In this document: positions 38,020 to 47,909 of the stretch, one piece after another | How the letters are laid out: each line of letters begins with the position of its first letter | How positions within the stretch are numbered: position 1 is the stretch's first letter | Notes under the pieces: generated by a model | Seen by the model: the letters and a program-made list of their open reading frames with translations, nothing else | Database searches by the model: none | Told to the model about the DNA's origin: nothing | Origin: Candidatus Microgenomates bacterium | Lineage (GTDB): Bacteria > Patescibacteriota > Microgenomatia > UBA8517 | DNA length: 64,000 nucleotides | Direction: 5' to 3' | Assembly (NCBI GenBank): GCA_049519355.1 | Contig: JBEKQV010000003.1 | Coordinates: forward strand, 19,646 to 83,645 | Made by a program: the position numbers and the translations under genes

Positions 38020-38116
38020 CTTCAAAATATTAAATAATAAGTTAATATACAGAAAAATTTATGAGATGCCCAGGCAGGGGAGGAGGGTGGTACATACCCG
38101 TAATTATAGGGTAGTG

Positions 38117-38139
38117 TCCGTGCCTAGGCACGATTTTTT
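38117..38139 (+). terminator. Rho-independent terminator-like hairpin downstream of the membrane-protein gene
   Basis: Perfect palindrome cgtgcctaggcacg (38119..38132) followed by a ttttttc run. Confidence 0.4.
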
Positions 38140-38826
38140 CACGAAAATTATAGGGTGTTTTCACGATTTGCGACATAGGAATCAAGACGAAGAAAAACCG
38201 AACACAAAATTTACAGAGGATATGTATAGTTTGATATAGTTGTCAATCTTGAAGAGATGATTATTATGGCTCTTCCCAAGCGTGTGTGGATAACTAATTA
38301 GTGACACATGTAGTTAAGACAGCGCCCTACGAGAGAAGGGGTCTCCCGGAACCTTGAGGTAATGTGGACATCGATGAACCCCCCTAGAAGCATAAGTGGT
38401 AATGTGGACACAGAAGTCCCTGGGGAAGCTATTTATACTAGGTCGCACAATGTAACTTTTGCGACGCAAACCAAAGCTGGTGCCGGAGTGTAGTGTTTTT
38501 ATTAATCTCTTACGGACGCCATGGTTTTTATTTTTTATGGCAAGTTATTTTTATTTAATTACCCCTTTTTAGATATACGTCGAAAATTGTCCTTCCGAAC
38601 AAACACCGTAACGAATTTTTCGCTTATTTCGCCACTTCCCCGCTTTTCATTAAATGTTTAGGAAAATCAAGAATTTAAGGTAATTATTTTTATTCCGTAT
38701 TTTCGGCTTAAAGGAAGACGACCTCTTATATGTCTTTTTATTTAGACAGGCCTTAAAATCGATTTGGTGAAGCCACTTTTTGAGTTGATTTTACTGTGCT
38801 ATAGAGATTAGACTTAGCTTATACAA

Positions 38827-39051
38827 ATGGAGATAAACGAAAGCGTTGAATCTGTTGAACCGTCAGAAGGAATATCTTTGTCCGACAAATTACAAAACAT
38901 TGCATTAAAAGTGCATGTCGATAAAGATATGCTGATTGCAACCACAGCGGTCGTAGTGGCAGTTGCAGTAGGAATAAACGCGCACCTAAGTCTTTTATGG
39001 CTTCAGCAAGGTATCAGTATATTTGAGGATAGACTTAAAGGAAACCACTAG
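38827..39051 (+). CDS. Hypothetical small protein (74 aa)
   Basis: ATG start, acidic N-terminus, one hydrophobic stretch (TTAVVVAVAVGINAHL). No homology recognised. Confidence 0.25.
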   Translation: MEINESVESVEPSEGISLSDKLQNIALKVHVDKDMLIATTAVVVAVAVGINAHLSLLWLQQGISIFEDRLKGNH

Positions 39052-39099
39052 CCCGTATTAACTTAATGTCGTACAATATTGCTCTTGTCCCCAAATATT

Positions 39100-39987
39100 A
39101 TGTCGATAGAAAATAAATACCTTCAGACTGTTCGATCAATATATCGTGGTATAACTTCTCCGAAAGATGATCATCTTAAAGAGATTGTCGGTATGCGTAC
39201 ACCCAGAGAAGAATGTACAAGATTTAATCCCCCACCCGAGCGACTCTTACCGGAAATTGTGAAAGTACTCGAATCGAGAAAAGATATTAGTTTGTCTAAT
39301 CTTAAGTCAGATTTGGGAATAAAGAGATCGGATGTAATGACTCTTTTTGCAAGTTTTATCGATCACCATAAGATTGAGCGTGTTAAAGTTTTTTCGCCGT
39401 ATACGGAAGGCGCCGTCGCAGTTATTAATGGGGTTATGGAAAAGCAATTGCCGGTTACAATACCCGAACAATTTGGTATGGCTCTAGGCCGTTCAGAAGG
39501 TAATATCAGTTTAGCCGTAATATACCTTTCATTGGCAACCAGAATGATGGCAAGGAATTCAGATTCCCGGATTTTCCCTATTAGTTTTAGTGATAACGCC
39601 ATATTTTTATGGAAAAATAAAGTTGCACCGTTCGGTTGGGTAGAAAATGATTCCGATGAGGATCCGGCCGGTGACACATATCATCTTTGGCTTGCGGCGC
39701 TTGCCGGAATCAGTCGGGAAGAAAAATCCGATCCGGGACCAATTAATAAAGCAAAACAATTTGTGTGTGACAATACTTATCCTCATGTAGCCGGGGTAAC
39801 TCAAATTTTAAGACACGAATTTTTCTTTGGTATTCAGGGTTTGGTTGGGCATAAGACGGATGATAGTGAATTGCAAGATAAGATTGAATGGCCCACCCAC
39901 GGAGTAGTTGATAGGGTTGGTTATAATCTCGGACGCTACACGGTAAATTTTTATGAGTCGCACAATCATATTGACAACCCTCTCTAG
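39100..39987 (+). CDS. Hypothetical protein (295 aa) of unknown function, upstream of the recombinase
   Basis: The ORF-track start at 39079 is TTG; the ATG is at 39100 (MSIENKYLQ). No recognisable motifs. Confidence 0.35.
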   Translation: MSIENKYLQTVRSIYRGITSPKDDHLKEIVGMRTPREECTRFNPPPERLLPEIVKVLESRKDISLSNLKSDLGIKRSDVMTLFASFIDHHKIERVKVFSPYTEGAVAVINGVMEKQLPVTIPEQFGMALGRSEGNISLAVIYLSLATRMMARNSDSRIFPISFSDNAIFLWKNKVAPFGWVENDSDEDPAGDTYHLWLAALAGISREEKSDPGPINKAKQFVCDNTYPHVAGVTQILRHEFFFGIQGLVGHKTDDSELQDKIEWPTHGVVDRVGYNLGRYTVNFYESHNHIDNPL

Positions 39988-40016
39988 CCGAGCTACATTG
40001 AATTAATTAACATTTA

Positions 40017-40970
40017 ATGCCTGCGCCCACAACTAATCATTCCGAGATAGCCCAAAAGGCTAACGAGTTTTTAGAATATCTTCAAGTTGAGCGTGGTGCC
40101 TCTCCCCTAACGATTCGAAATTACCGGCATTATTTGACGAGATTTATGAATTGGATGGAATCGCAAGGAATCCGTGAGGATCTAAAAGATATTAACCCCG
40201 ATGTTGTCAGGAGTTTCAGAGTTTATCTTTCCAATCTTCCCGGAGAAAATAAGGCGCAGATGGCGAGGCGGACTCAGGGCTATCACGTTATTGCCATGAG
40301 GAGCTTTCTCAAGTGGCTAATCAAAAACGATTATTCGGTTATGGCGCCTGACAAAATCGAACTGCCGAAAGTTGAGGAAAGGCAGGTTAAGTTTTTAAAC
40401 GGCGAACAGGTGGACAGACTCCTAAATGCACCGAGTTTATCGACAATTCAGGGTAAAAGGGATAAAGCAATTCTGGAAGTTCTTTTTTCAACAGGGCTTC
40501 GTGTTTCGGAGTTAACTAAACTTAACCGCGACACAATTGATCTTGACCGTCGGGAGTTTGGAATAATCGGAAAAGGTGGAAAAGCCCGGGTTGTATTTCT
40601 ATCCCAAAGGGCGGCCGACTGGCTGATTAAATATATTAATGGACGCGATGATCACTTTAAACCACTCTTTATTCACCACAAGGGTATTGCCGGTCCGGGT
40701 ACGCCTGATGAAAAAATGCGTCTTACTCCCCGATCGGTTCAAAGAATGGTGAAAAAGTATTCCCATAAAATGAAACTACCGGTTGAAGTGACTCCCCACG
40801 TAATGCGCCATAGTTTTGCAACGGACTTGCTTATGGCCGGGGCGGATATTCGGTCGGTTCAAGAAATGTTGGGACATAAAAACATCTCTACAACCCAAAT
40901 CTACACTCATGTTACAAACAAGCAATTAAGAGATGTCCATGAAGCATTCCATGGAAAAGGAGGAAACTAA
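40017..40970 (+). CDS. Tyrosine site-specific recombinase, XerC/XerD type
   Basis: N-terminal SAM-like core-binding domain. C-terminal catalytic R...HxxR...Y: GLRVSEL, HVMRHSFATDLLMAGADIRSVQEMLGHKNISTTQIYTHV. Confidence 0.85.
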   Translation: MPAPTTNHSEIAQKANEFLEYLQVERGASPLTIRNYRHYLTRFMNWMESQGIREDLKDINPDVVRSFRVYLSNLPGENKAQMARRTQGYHVIAMRSFLKWLIKNDYSVMAPDKIELPKVEERQVKFLNGEQVDRLLNAPSLSTIQGKRDKAILEVLFSTGLRVSELTKLNRDTIDLDRREFGIIGKGGKARVVFLSQRAADWLIKYINGRDDHFKPLFIHHKGIAGPGTPDEKMRLTPRSVQRMVKKYSHKMKLPVEVTPHVMRHSFATDLLMAGADIRSVQEMLGHKNISTTQIYTHVTNKQLRDVHEAFHGKGGN

Positions 40971-42028
40971 TCTTCAATTTTTTCCCAGGGAAATCCTGGC
41001 CGGCCGAAGTGACCGTATGAAGCGGTAGCTTGGTAAATCGGATTTCTTAAACCAAGTCTTTGAATAATAGCAAGCGGCCTGAAGTCATAATTTTTAGTAA
41101 CATACTTCGACATATCTTTTCCTTTTTCATCCGTTGCCGTAAGCATTAATGGTTCAGCTTTTCCAATTGCATAAGCAACCGAGACCAAACAGCTTTTTGC
41201 TAAGCCTTTTGCTACAATATTTTTGGCGACAAACCTGCACATATAGGCGCCACTTCTATCAACCTTTGTCGGGTCTTTTCCGGAGAAGCACCCACCTCCG
41301 TGCGGAATAAGCCCGCCGTAAGTATCAACCATAATTTTTCTTCCGGTTAAACCAGTATCGGCAACAAATCCACCAACCTCAAATTTCCCCGTCGGATTAA
41401 CCAAAATATCAATCCCCTTTATATTCCCCACTACTTTTTTAATTAATTTATCGGCAATTTCGCGTCTGATGGTTTCAATGGGAATCCCCTTTTTGTGCTG
41501 GGCCGAAACCAAGACGGTTTTAATTTTTCCGTTTTGCATAGTTATCTGGGCTTTGCCGTCGGGAAGAAGCCAACTAATTTTTTTGCTTCTTCTTAAATCT
41601 TCCAATCCTTTGGTAAGTTTGTGAACCATAGCCACCGCTTTAGGTAGATATTCCGGGGTTTCGTTAGTGGCAAAGCCGTACATTATTCCCTGATCGCCCG
41701 CCCCCCCGGTATCAACCCCCATGGCAATGTCGGGAGATTGTTTAACAATATTTGTGATAATACGCAGTTTATCGGTATGTCCGATATCTCTATAAACTTT
41801 TCTGGCAATTTTGGCGGCATCGAACTTTGCATGGGTTGTAACTTCCCCGCCGATAACAAAAAGGCCATGAGCTCCAAAACTTTCTATGGCAACCCTGGAT
41901 TTTGGGTCTTGAGTCAAACACGCGTCAAGAATTGCATCCGAGACCTGGTCGCAAATTTTATCGGGATGTCCGCTGGTTACGGATTCAACTGTATAATTTT
42001 TGAAGGAATTTGAAAAAATATTACTCAT
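40967..42028 (-). CDS. metK: S-adenosylmethionine synthetase
   Basis: ESVTSGHPDKICDQVSDAILDA, GGGAFSGKD and the other MetK signature blocks. The ORF-track start is GTG; the ATG at 42028 (MSNIFS) matches the usual MetK N-terminus spacing. Confidence 0.9.
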   Translation of the reverse strand: MSNIFSNSFKNYTVESVTSGHPDKICDQVSDAILDACLTQDPKSRVAIESFGAHGLFVIGGEVTTHAKFDAAKIARKVYRDIGHTDKLRIITNIVKQSPDIAMGVDTGGAGDQGIMYGFATNETPEYLPKAVAMVHKLTKGLEDLRRSKKISWLLPDGKAQITMQNGKIKTVLVSAQHKKGIPIETIRREIADKLIKKVVGNIKGIDILVNPTGKFEVGGFVADTGLTGRKIMVDTYGGLIPHGGGCFSGKDPTKVDRSGAYMCRFVAKNIVAKGLAKSCLVSVAYAIGKAEPLMLTATDEKGKDMSKYVTKNYDFRPLAIIQRLGLRNPIYQATASYGHFGRPGFPWEKIED

Positions 42029-42114
42029 ATCGTTTGTCAGCTTTAGCACCTTTCCTGAACTTTTACTTCAGGGGGCTGTTGGCGGATCATTAGGCTGACT
42101 CCCTCCCCGCGCTC

Positions 42115-42693
42115 TTGATACTAAAACCTATTTTAAACGCAATAGGACCTGAGTCAATAGGAATTTGCTATAATAATTCCGTGGTAACGATAATTCTTCC
42201 CGGAGCATCAGTGCAGAATAAGGAATGGCTGGAAGAAACGGCAAAGAAAATTAACGTTGATGGTGAAATCAGGCCGATTTATTGGGATCACTGGACAGAC
42301 CCTTCAAAAGAATTTAACAAGGAAGAGAAAGCAAGACTGATTAATGATATTGTCGGAATGAGAGTAGTCGATATTGTCGCCAAATCAATCGGAACTCTGG
42401 TTGCAGCTTACATGATTCAGAAAGCTCCCGAAAAGATCCATAAAATAGTTTTTAACGGTATTTGCCTAAACGATTTGAACGAGGATGAAAAGGAAGTAAT
42501 TAAATCCGCTCTAAAACTGATTTCCCCTGAAAATATTATGTGTTATCAGAATGAAGAAGATCCCCATGGGAGCTTTGATCAGGCGAAAAAGTTTTTGTCC
42601 GAAGTTAGTCCGGATATAAAAATAATTTCAAAGGAGAGAGGTGATCACGAATATCCATACTTTGAAGAGTTCCACAATTTTCTTCTGGAGTAA
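42115..42693 (+). CDS. Hypothetical small alpha/beta-hydrolase-like protein (start uncertain)
   Basis: AKSIGT nucleophile-elbow-like motif and C-terminal GDHEYPYF. TTG at 42115; an in-frame GTG at 42181 is an alternative start. Confidence 0.3.
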   Translation: MILKPILNAIGPESIGICYNNSVVTIILPGASVQNKEWLEETAKKINVDGEIRPIYWDHWTDPSKEFNKEEKARLINDIVGMRVVDIVAKSIGTLVAAYMIQKAPEKIHKIVFNGICLNDLNEDEKEVIKSALKLISPENIMCYQNEEDPHGSFDQAKKFLSEVSPDIKIISKERGDHEYPYFEEFHNFLLE

Positions 42694-43452
42694 TTATCTA
42701 ATCTCGTAGGATAGCGAAATTGTTACGTCTATTTCCGTTGTCCCGGGCTGAACGCTCGGAGGTGTAACCGATTTTTGTGTAACTCCCCCGCCGGAAACTG
42801 GAAAGGCAAGGGGCTGAATATTGGAAGGAGTTTCTTCGGATACATTAATTATTTTTCCAAGTGAAATTCCTGCTGCTTTTGCAAGGCCTTCGGCATCAGT
42901 TTTTGCCTGGCTGACAGCCTGTTCGCGTGCGGTCTGAAGCGCCTGGTTCTTGGCTGTCTCGCTTAAGTCAAAACTTACTCCGCTTATATTATTCGCTCCG
43001 TAACTCGTTGCCGTTGCCAGGAGGTCGTTAATTTTAGTGAAATCACGGATGGTGACTTCATAATTTGTCGAAACGTCGTAACCCGTTATCCTTTGAGTCG
43101 GGGTCGTATAGTCGTATTGTGGATTAACTGAGTAAGAAGTTGTCTGAATGTCGGCTGCCGCAATCCCCAACTTTTTTATCTGGTTTACGAGGTCTTGGGA
43201 CTTTTGGTTTACGGAATTTTGAACGGTTTTCAAATCGGTTCCCGTTTGCTCAATTCCGAAGTCTATTTTGGCAATATCTGGGGTAACAATTATCTTTCCA
43301 GTTCCCTGAACAACAAACGGTTGACCGACTGTTTGTGTACTTGTTGAGAAATTAATCGATGGTCCATATTTGGCAAAGATAAAAAGAAGGATGAAGAATG
43401 AAAGCATTAAGACTAATGCATGACCAAAGGGGTCGTGAAGTTTATTTTCCAT
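42694..43452 (-). CDS. SIMPL-domain (DUF541 / BP26-like) periplasmic protein
   Basis: N-terminal signal-anchor, then GTGKIIVTPDIAKIDFGIEQTGTDLKTVQNSVNQKSQDLVNQIKKLGIAAADIQTTSYSVNPQYDY, typical of SIMPL/BP26. Confidence 0.65.
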   Translation of the reverse strand: MENKLHDPFGHALVLMLSFFILLFIFAKYGPSINFSTSTQTVGQPFVVQGTGKIIVTPDIAKIDFGIEQTGTDLKTVQNSVNQKSQDLVNQIKKLGIAAADIQTTSYSVNPQYDYTTPTQRITGYDVSTNYEVTIRDFTKINDLLATATSYGANNISGVSFDLSETAKNQALQTAREQAVSQAKTDAEGLAKAAGISLGKIINVSEETPSNIQPLAFPVSGGGVTQKSVTPPSVQPGTTEIDVTISLSYEIR

Positions 43453-43461
43453 TACTATTTA

Positions 43462-46110
43462 TTATACTCCCTCTTCCTCTTCTTCCCCGCCTTTTTCAAG
43501 TACGGCGGCTGCGGCAACAGAATCGGCCTTATCGGCAAAGCGCATAAGAATAACACCTTGAGTAGCACGACCAAGCTGGGGAATATTTTTAAGCGGAAGC
43601 TTAATTACTTGTCCCATCTTGCTGGTAATAATCACTTGGTCAAAACTTTGGGTGACCATAATTGCTGTTTTAAGATTTCCGGTTTTCGGGCTGACGACGG
43701 AAGCCTTAACGCCCTTACCGGCGCGTTTTTGTACAGGGAAAAGATGAATCGGGGTGCGCTTTCCCAAGCCCTTTTCCGCAATTGTCAAAATATCCCTGAA
43801 CACTTTCTTTCTTTTATCGGCGGGAATCGTTTCTTTGCCCGGGAAAACCTCCATATCTATAAGTTCGTCACCCTTTTCCAGTTTTATTCCCGTAACTCCC
43901 GTGGTGGCACGTCCCATCGGTCTGACATTCGCTTCAGGGAATCTTATCGATTTTGCATTCCTGGTTAAAAGAATAATATGATCATTTCCTGTTGTCGGAT
44001 GGACAGAAACGAGCTCGTCACCTGTCCTAAGCTTTATGGCGATTAATCCCGAAGCTCTCAAATTGTCAAATTCGGAAATGGATGTCTTTTTTATTACACC
44101 AGTCATGGTTGCCATAATCAGGTGTTTTACTCCGGATTCTTTGGACAAAGGAAGCATGCTTCGTATTTCTTCCCCTTGTTCAAGATTCAAAAGATTTACG
44201 AGTGCCTGACCTTTTGCCTGGCGGGAGCTCTCCGGGATTTCCCAGGCTTTGAGTCCGAAAACACGGCCTTTATTGGTGAAGAATAAAATTGTATCGTGTG
44301 TTGTGGCGTCAATCAAATGTTCAATTTCGTCTTCTTCTTTTGTAGCCATTCCGATGACACCCTTGCCTCCCCTTCTCTGGGCCCTATAGGCGCCGGCCGA
44401 AAGCCGTTTAATGTATCCCGTTTTGGTAACAGTTATTAAGGTTTCCTCTTTGGCGACCAAGTCTTCTTCACTGAACTCTCCTATGGCGTGTTTATAAATT
44501 TTTGTTCTACGGGCATCGCCGTATTTTTCTTTCAACTCTGCAAGTTCTTTAACAATAATTTCCAGAACTTTTTGGGGATCTCTCAAAATTGCGGTTAGAT
44601 CATCAATAATTTTCTTAATTTCTTGATATTCTTTTTCAATTTTTTCGCGCTCCAGTGCAGCAAGACGCCGTAATTGCATATCCAAAATTGCGGTTGCCTG
44701 AATATCACTTAAGCCGAATTTTCGGATTAAGTTGGACTTGGCATCTTCCTGGGTTTTACTTTCCCTGATGGTTTTTATTACGGCATCAAGGTTATCAAGA
44801 GCAATTTTAAGTCCTTCCAAAATGTGGGCTCTCTTTTTGGCTTCGGTAAGATCAAAAATAGTTCTTCGGGTAACAACTCGTTGTCTATGTTTAACATACT
44901 CAACTAAAATCGTTTTTAGATTCAAGGTGTGAGGAGTACCGTCGACTAGGGCAACAAAGTTTGCGGGGAAACTGCTTTGAAGTTTGGTATGTTTGAAAAT
45001 ATTGTTAAGGACCGCTTTTGGTTTTGCGTCGCGCTTAAGATCAACAACAACTCTCATTCCGTCTTTATCGCTTTCATCCCGGAGGTCGGCAATTCCCACA
45101 ATCCTTTTATCCCTGACAAGTTCGGCGATTTTGGCGACAAGTTCGGCCTTATTTACTTGGTATGGAAGTTCGGTTATTACAATTTGCTGTTTGCCTTTGG
45201 CGCCTTCGGTAATTTCCGCAATACCTCGGACTACTATTCGGCCCCGCCCGGTTGCATAAACTTCATTCATGGAAGCGGCATCATAAATTGCTCCTCCGGT
45301 TGGGAAATCAGGCCCAGGAATAAATTTAATAAGATCTTCAATCGTGGTGTCACTTTCAAAACTGATTTCACTGGGTGTTACTTCCTCTTGAGTCAAAGCC
45401 TTTTCGGCACCGCTTGCGACGAGATTGATTTTTTTGATTATAAAATCGGTGTGAGTTTCCTGATTTTTGGTTTCGGGAGTTTCAGGTTGAGTCCTAATTA
45501 CATGACCTTTATTAATGACTTCAACTATTGCATCAACGACTTCCGTTAAGTTGTGAGGAGGAATTTTGGTGGCCATTCCGACCGCAATCCCTTCGGAACC
45601 CATTAAAAGCAAATTGGGAAGAAGCGCCGGTAGATAGACAGGTTCTTTAAGAGTCGCGTCGAAATTGTCTATGAAATCGACCGTTTCCTTTTCGATATCG
45701 GTTAAGACAAAGTCGGCAATTTTGGCAAGTTTCACTTCGGTATAACGCATAGCTGCTGGCGGATCCCCATCAACTGAGCCAAAGTTACCTTGACCATGAA
45801 CAAGCGGGTAACGCATGGAGAAATCCTGCGCCAAACGAACCATTGCATCATAAACCGCCATGTCTCCGTGCGGATGGTATTTTCCTAAAACCTCTCCGAC
45901 AACTTTAGCGGATTTCGTGGTTCCCGATTGTGAATAATGAAGCCCCATAAGGTGCATTGCGTAAAGAATGCGTCTGTGAACAGGTTTCATTCCGTCACGT
46001 ACATCCGGAAGTGCCCGGGCAACGATAACGCTCATTGCGTAATCAAGATATGAAGTTGAGAGTTCGGAAGTTATTTCAGTTGATAGTAATTTACCGATTT
46101 CTGTAGACAT
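43462..46110 (-). CDS. gyrA: DNA gyrase subunit A
   Basis: N-terminal [29 protein letters not shown], active-site Tyr region, C-terminal beta-pinwheel repeats and an acidic tail. Contains a lineage-specific insertion (~aa 200-260). Confidence 0.9.
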   Translation of the reverse strand: MSTEIGKLLSTEITSELSTSYLDYAMSVIVARALPDVRDGMKPVHRRILYAMHLMGLHYSQSGTTKSAKVVGEVLGKYHPHGDMAVYDAMVRLAQDFSMRYPLVHGQGNFGSVDGDPPAAMRYTEVKLAKIADFVLTDIEKETVDFIDNFDATLKEPVYLPALLPNLLLMGSEGIAVGMATKIPPHNLTEVVDAIVEVINKGHVIRTQPETPETKNQETHTDFIIKKINLVASGAEKALTQEEVTPSEISFESDTTIEDLIKFIPGPDFPTGGAIYDAASMNEVYATGRGRIVVRGIAEITEGAKGKQQIVITELPYQVNKAELVAKIAELVRDKRIVGIADLRDESDKDGMRVVVDLKRDAKPKAVLNNIFKHTKLQSSFPANFVALVDGTPHTLNLKTILVEYVKHRQRVVTRRTIFDLTEAKKRAHILEGLKIALDNLDAVIKTIRESKTQEDAKSNLIRKFGLSDIQATAILDMQLRRLAALEREKIEKEYQEIKKIIDDLTAILRDPQKVLEIIVKELAELKEKYGDARRTKIYKHAIGEFSEEDLVAKEETLITVTKTGYIKRLSAGAYRAQRRGGKGVIGMATKEEDEIEHLIDATTHDTILFFTNKGRVFGLKAWEIPESSRQAKGQALVNLLNLEQGEEIRSMLPLSKESGVKHLIMATMTGVIKKTSISEFDNLRASGLIAIKLRTGDELVSVHPTTGNDHIILLTRNAKSIRFPEANVRPMGRATTGVTGIKLEKGDELIDMEVFPGKETIPADKRKKVFRDILTIAEKGLGKRTPIHLFPVQKRAGKGVKASVVSPKTGNLKTAIMVTQSFDQVIITSKMGQVIKLPLKNIPQLGRATQGVILMRFADKADSVAAAAVLEKGGEEEEEGV

Positions 46111-46218
46111 AAAATGAGGCTAATTCAGCCTCAACACATTTTACCCTCTTGGAAACCAAGAAGCAATGGCTATTGAGGAAGGACTTGACATTCCATTTCA
46201 CAAGATTGAATATTAGTT

Positions 46219-46941
46219 ATGGATTCATCATTAGCTGCCAAAAAGAAAAGTCTGACCACACTTATATTGGTTATAGGACTATTAGTAATAGCTGGCGGAA
46301 CAATAATTTTAAGTAAGACCGGACTATCTTTCATTTTTCAAAACAAGGCTGCTGCTCCGCCTACAACTGCTACGGGTTTACTTCAAACAATGAATACGTC
46401 GAATTGTAGAACAATAGTTCCTAAGCAGTTTGCGGTTGCTCCCTATGTGCTTGAGGGAAATTTTCTTTATCTAACACCGGCCAAACCGGCTCCTACTCCC
46501 AATTCTTTACCAAAGACAAGTTTTATCGGTATAGCTGAGGCAGCTTCTCTTCCGACACCGGTTACAAAACCGATGCCAATCTCGGTTCCTGTCAGGACCC
46601 CAGTTCCTGTTAAGACCTCGGTTCCAACACCAACTCCGATGCCGACTCCGAATTATAGTTACCTCCGTAATTGTCTGCCGGTTTACGCAAATAATTCTAT
46701 GGTTTCGGGTTTGATCGGTAGAATGGTTATTGTTACAGGGCCTTTTGATAATGGCTCTATCTACGCTTCAAGCATTAGATTAGTTGCTACTCCGTCTCCC
46801 AGGACTCCTCCTCCCCCGACTCCTATACCTAATCCAAAAAAGACTCCTGTGATAGTAATTGGAACGCCGATCCCGGTTCCTTATCACCCAACTCCAACTC
46901 CGATTCGCGCGACACCAAACACAAGGGCTTATAATTATTAA
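46219..46941 (+). CDS. Secreted Pro/Thr-rich hypothetical protein
   Basis: N-terminal TM/signal LTTLILVIGLLVIAGGTIIL. Low-complexity PTP-rich regions. Confidence 0.3.
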   Translation: MDSSLAAKKKSLTTLILVIGLLVIAGGTIILSKTGLSFIFQNKAAAPPTTATGLLQTMNTSNCRTIVPKQFAVAPYVLEGNFLYLTPAKPAPTPNSLPKTSFIGIAEAASLPTPVTKPMPISVPVRTPVPVKTSVPTPTPMPTPNYSYLRNCLPVYANNSMVSGLIGRMVIVTGPFDNGSIYASSIRLVATPSPRTPPPPTPIPNPKKTPVIVIGTPIPVPYHPTPTPIRATPNTRAYNY

Positions 46942-46967
46942 AAGTTAAAGCTTACTAAAAAGAAGTT

Positions 46968-47270
46968 TTACTCTTCCTTGGGGGTTTGGTCGTTTGAAGA
47001 TGTTTGCTCTTCGGCTTTAGGTGGCTCTTCCGATTTAGTTTCGTTTGTTGGAGGAGAATTTTTGCCTTTCTTGGCAGCTAAATAAATTATGTAAGCGACA
47101 ACCAAAACTACTACAATGATTCCCAAGTCGATTTTCTTATGTGTCATTATCCAGTTTTGTGGAACGGGGGTTGGAACCGGTGTTGCAGCAATTGTAGGAA
47201 TTGCGCTGGGTGTTGGGCTTAGGGAAGGTGATGCTTTAGTTGTTGCTGCCAAAACCGTAAAAGTTGTCAT
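46968..47270 (-). CDS. Small Pro/Thr-rich membrane-anchored protein
   Basis: ATG start. TPVPTPVP low-complexity region, one TM helix followed by a KKGK tail, acidic C-terminus. Confidence 0.25.
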   Translation of the reverse strand: MTTFTVLAATTKASPSLSPTPSAIPTIAATPVPTPVPQNWIMTHKKIDLGIIVVVLVVAYIIYLAAKKGKNSPPTNETKSEEPPKAEEQTSSNDQTPKEE

Positions 47271-47321
47271 TTAATTTAGAACTAACTAGGATTATACATG
47301 CGAAGATGAGTCTGTCAAGTT

Positions 47322-47909
47322 TTATGTCGGTTTGGCTTTGATTACCGCTCTTTCGCTGTCAAAGAGTCCCCAGCAGGTATAAATTGTAAGTTCCGATGTA
47401 TTTGTCGGGGAAACCAAGTCTACCCTATCCGGACCGACGAAGAATTTTTGATCGGCAATGTAATTATAAATTTTCCCGCTTTTGGTTTTGACAATTATCT
47501 TTTGTCCGAGACTTAAATACGGGAGGCTGCCGAAGATTGCTTTTTTGTTATGTCCGTAAATAACGGTGTTTCCCTCACCTCCCGGAGCTACCGATGTATC
47601 AAGAAAAGTTGCGGTCGAATCTGAGATTTGCCAAACGCCGTCTTTGATTTGTCCCTGCTCGACTTTCAAGTCAACATTGATTGAAGGAATGATGATTTCG
47701 ACGGGGATATCAATATTTTGCGTTGCATTGGCTGCCGCTTCCGGAACTTTTGAAAAAGAAAGAATCCTGACTCTGTAATAATTAATTGCCCCAAAAGAAA
47801 AAATTACAAGCCCTATAAAAATCAATAGAAGTGAGGAGCCGTTATTTTGAAGAAACTTTCCTAACCTTTTTGAAACTTTTGATACCTTTGAATGTGAATA
47901 TTCCACCAA
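47322..47909 (-). CDS. Sortase (cysteine transpeptidase)
   Basis: N-terminal membrane anchor, catalytic His region VIYGHNK and the TLxTC-type motif ELTIYTCWG. The start codon in the track is TTG. Confidence 0.75.
   Translation of the reverse strand: MVEYSHSKVSKVSKRLGKFLQNNGSSLLLIFIGLVIFSFGAINYYRVRILSFSKVPEAAANATQNIDIPVEIIIPSINVDLKVEQGQIKDGVWQISDSTATFLDTSVAPGGEGNTVIYGHNKKAIFGSLPYLSLGQKIIVKTKSGKIYNYIADQKFFVGPDRVDLVSPTNTSELTIYTCWGLFDSERAVIKAKPT

Noticed and set aside
38285-38293. Perfect DnaA-box 9-mer TGTGGATAA plus two 7/9 matches, raising the possibility of oriC
   Set aside because: A single perfect 9-mer is expected by chance at about 0.5 per 64 kb on both strands. No dnaA or dnaN is adjacent, and the weaker matches are part of a different 13-mer repeat. 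It is kept only as part of the repeat-region finding, not called as oriC.
38020-38826. Possible structured ncRNA (tmRNA, RNase P RNA, SRP RNA, 6S) in the 800-bp gap
   Set aside because: I could not find the conserved tmRNA T-arm or tag reading frame, the RNase P P4 (AGGAAAGTCC-like) motif, or the SRP domain IV motif by eye. Without a covariance-model search this cannot be supported.
44977-45549. Plus-strand ORFs within gyrA (44732..44932, 44977..45549, 44984..45259)
   Set aside because: They lie entirely antisense to a highly conserved gyrA coding region, and their translations have no motifs.
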